DNA of 63,711 nt, counting the filler, from an uncultured bacterium (GTDB lineage: Bacteria; Hinthialibacterota; Hinthialibacteria; Hinthialibacterales; Hinthialibacteraceae): NCBI GenBank assembly GCA_964449065.1. It is 9 parts of 9 records of this genome, joined end to end, with 100 filler letters (N's around TTAATTAATTAA, not from the genome) between each part and the next. Parts side by side here need not be neighbours in the genome. Positions count along the whole stretch, not along the records: positions 56,832 to 63,711 come from CAYVAZ010000283.1; 8 more parts are not named here. One strand, written 5' to 3'. Below, one piece after another: positions 63,103 to 63,711 of the stretch. Both the position numbers and the translations under genes were made by a program. Each line of letters opens with the position of its first letter. Position 1 is the first letter of the stretch. Under the pieces are notes generated by a model. It was not told the DNA's origin. It ran no database searches and was given only the letters and a program-made list of their open reading frames with translations.

Positions 63103-63591
63103 ATGCCATCATCCAAACACAAAAAATCCCGTACCGCCAGAGGTTCCATTAACCATCCAACACCGTCACATGCAGATGTTCCCACGCTTCAAAAACTCAC
63201 AATCTCGTTTGAAGAATCCCAATTCCTCTGTCTGCAAAACATGATCGATAAGTTGGCAGCCAAAATTCTTGACTCGCTCAACGGTGATGAGAATCAGGAC
63301 CCATCCGCCATCCTGCCGCAATTGCGAATCTACACCCAATACATGAACCTGTATATGAAGTTCAAAGAGAAATGCATAACTTCAGAAACCTTAAGTCCGC
63401 AGCAGCCGATGCCAAAAAAAGATTCGGCTCAATCCGTTCACCAACAACATCCAAGCAATACAGCCGGAAAATCCAGTCCGTCAGCCCATTTCGGCAGCCC
63501 GAACCGTTCCAATCCCAAACCCGAAGCAAACCGGATGCCTCACGTTAACTCGACCACAGCCCTCTTGATGCAGCCGGCGAGCGGAACCTGA
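63103..63591 (+). CDS. Hypothetical protein
   Basis: AGGAG RBS; low-complexity tail. Confidence 0.45.
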   Translation: MPSSKHKKSRTARGSINHPTPSHADVPTLQKLTISFEESQFLCLQNMIDKLAAKILDSLNGDENQDPSAILPQLRIYTQYMNLYMKFKEKCITSETLSPQQPMPKKDSAQSVHQQHPSNTAGKSSPSAHFGSPNRSNPKPEANRMPHVNSTTALLMQPASGT

Positions 63592-63711
63592 CAGAAACAG
63601 AGTTCAACGGAATCTTTTGCAATTTTTGTTAATACCTGATGTTATGCATTCGTTATGATATGCTTGTTATTTTAGTCAATCGCTGAAACGATCGCCCTCG
63701 CCCACTGGGAG

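Overview
The window is nine unrelated ~7-kb contigs, sorted by decreasing length and joined by N-TTAATTAATTAA-N linkers, so gene adjacency across linkers carries no meaning. Eight contigs look like the chromosome of a Gram-negative bacterium with lpxB, lptC/A-like genes, fliG, efp, rfbAB, psd and five pilin/GspG-like genes. The gene repertoire is reminiscent of Ca. Hinthialibacterota/Sumerlaeota-type MAGs (inference). These contigs are full of short TA-flanked MITE/REP-like repeats, which repeatedly interrupt toxin-antitoxin toxin genes. One contig (42828-49731) is phage-like, with many short minus-strand ORFs, a DUF932 gene, a P-loop kinase, a stand-alone S4 domain and tRNA-Arg(UCU). The top observation is on that contig: a tRNA-Leu(UAA) split at U34 by a 689-nt group I intron of the cyanobacterial/plastid trnL type. 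The intron carries an antisense HNH endonuclease gene in its P6 region, and that gene has one in-frame TAA.
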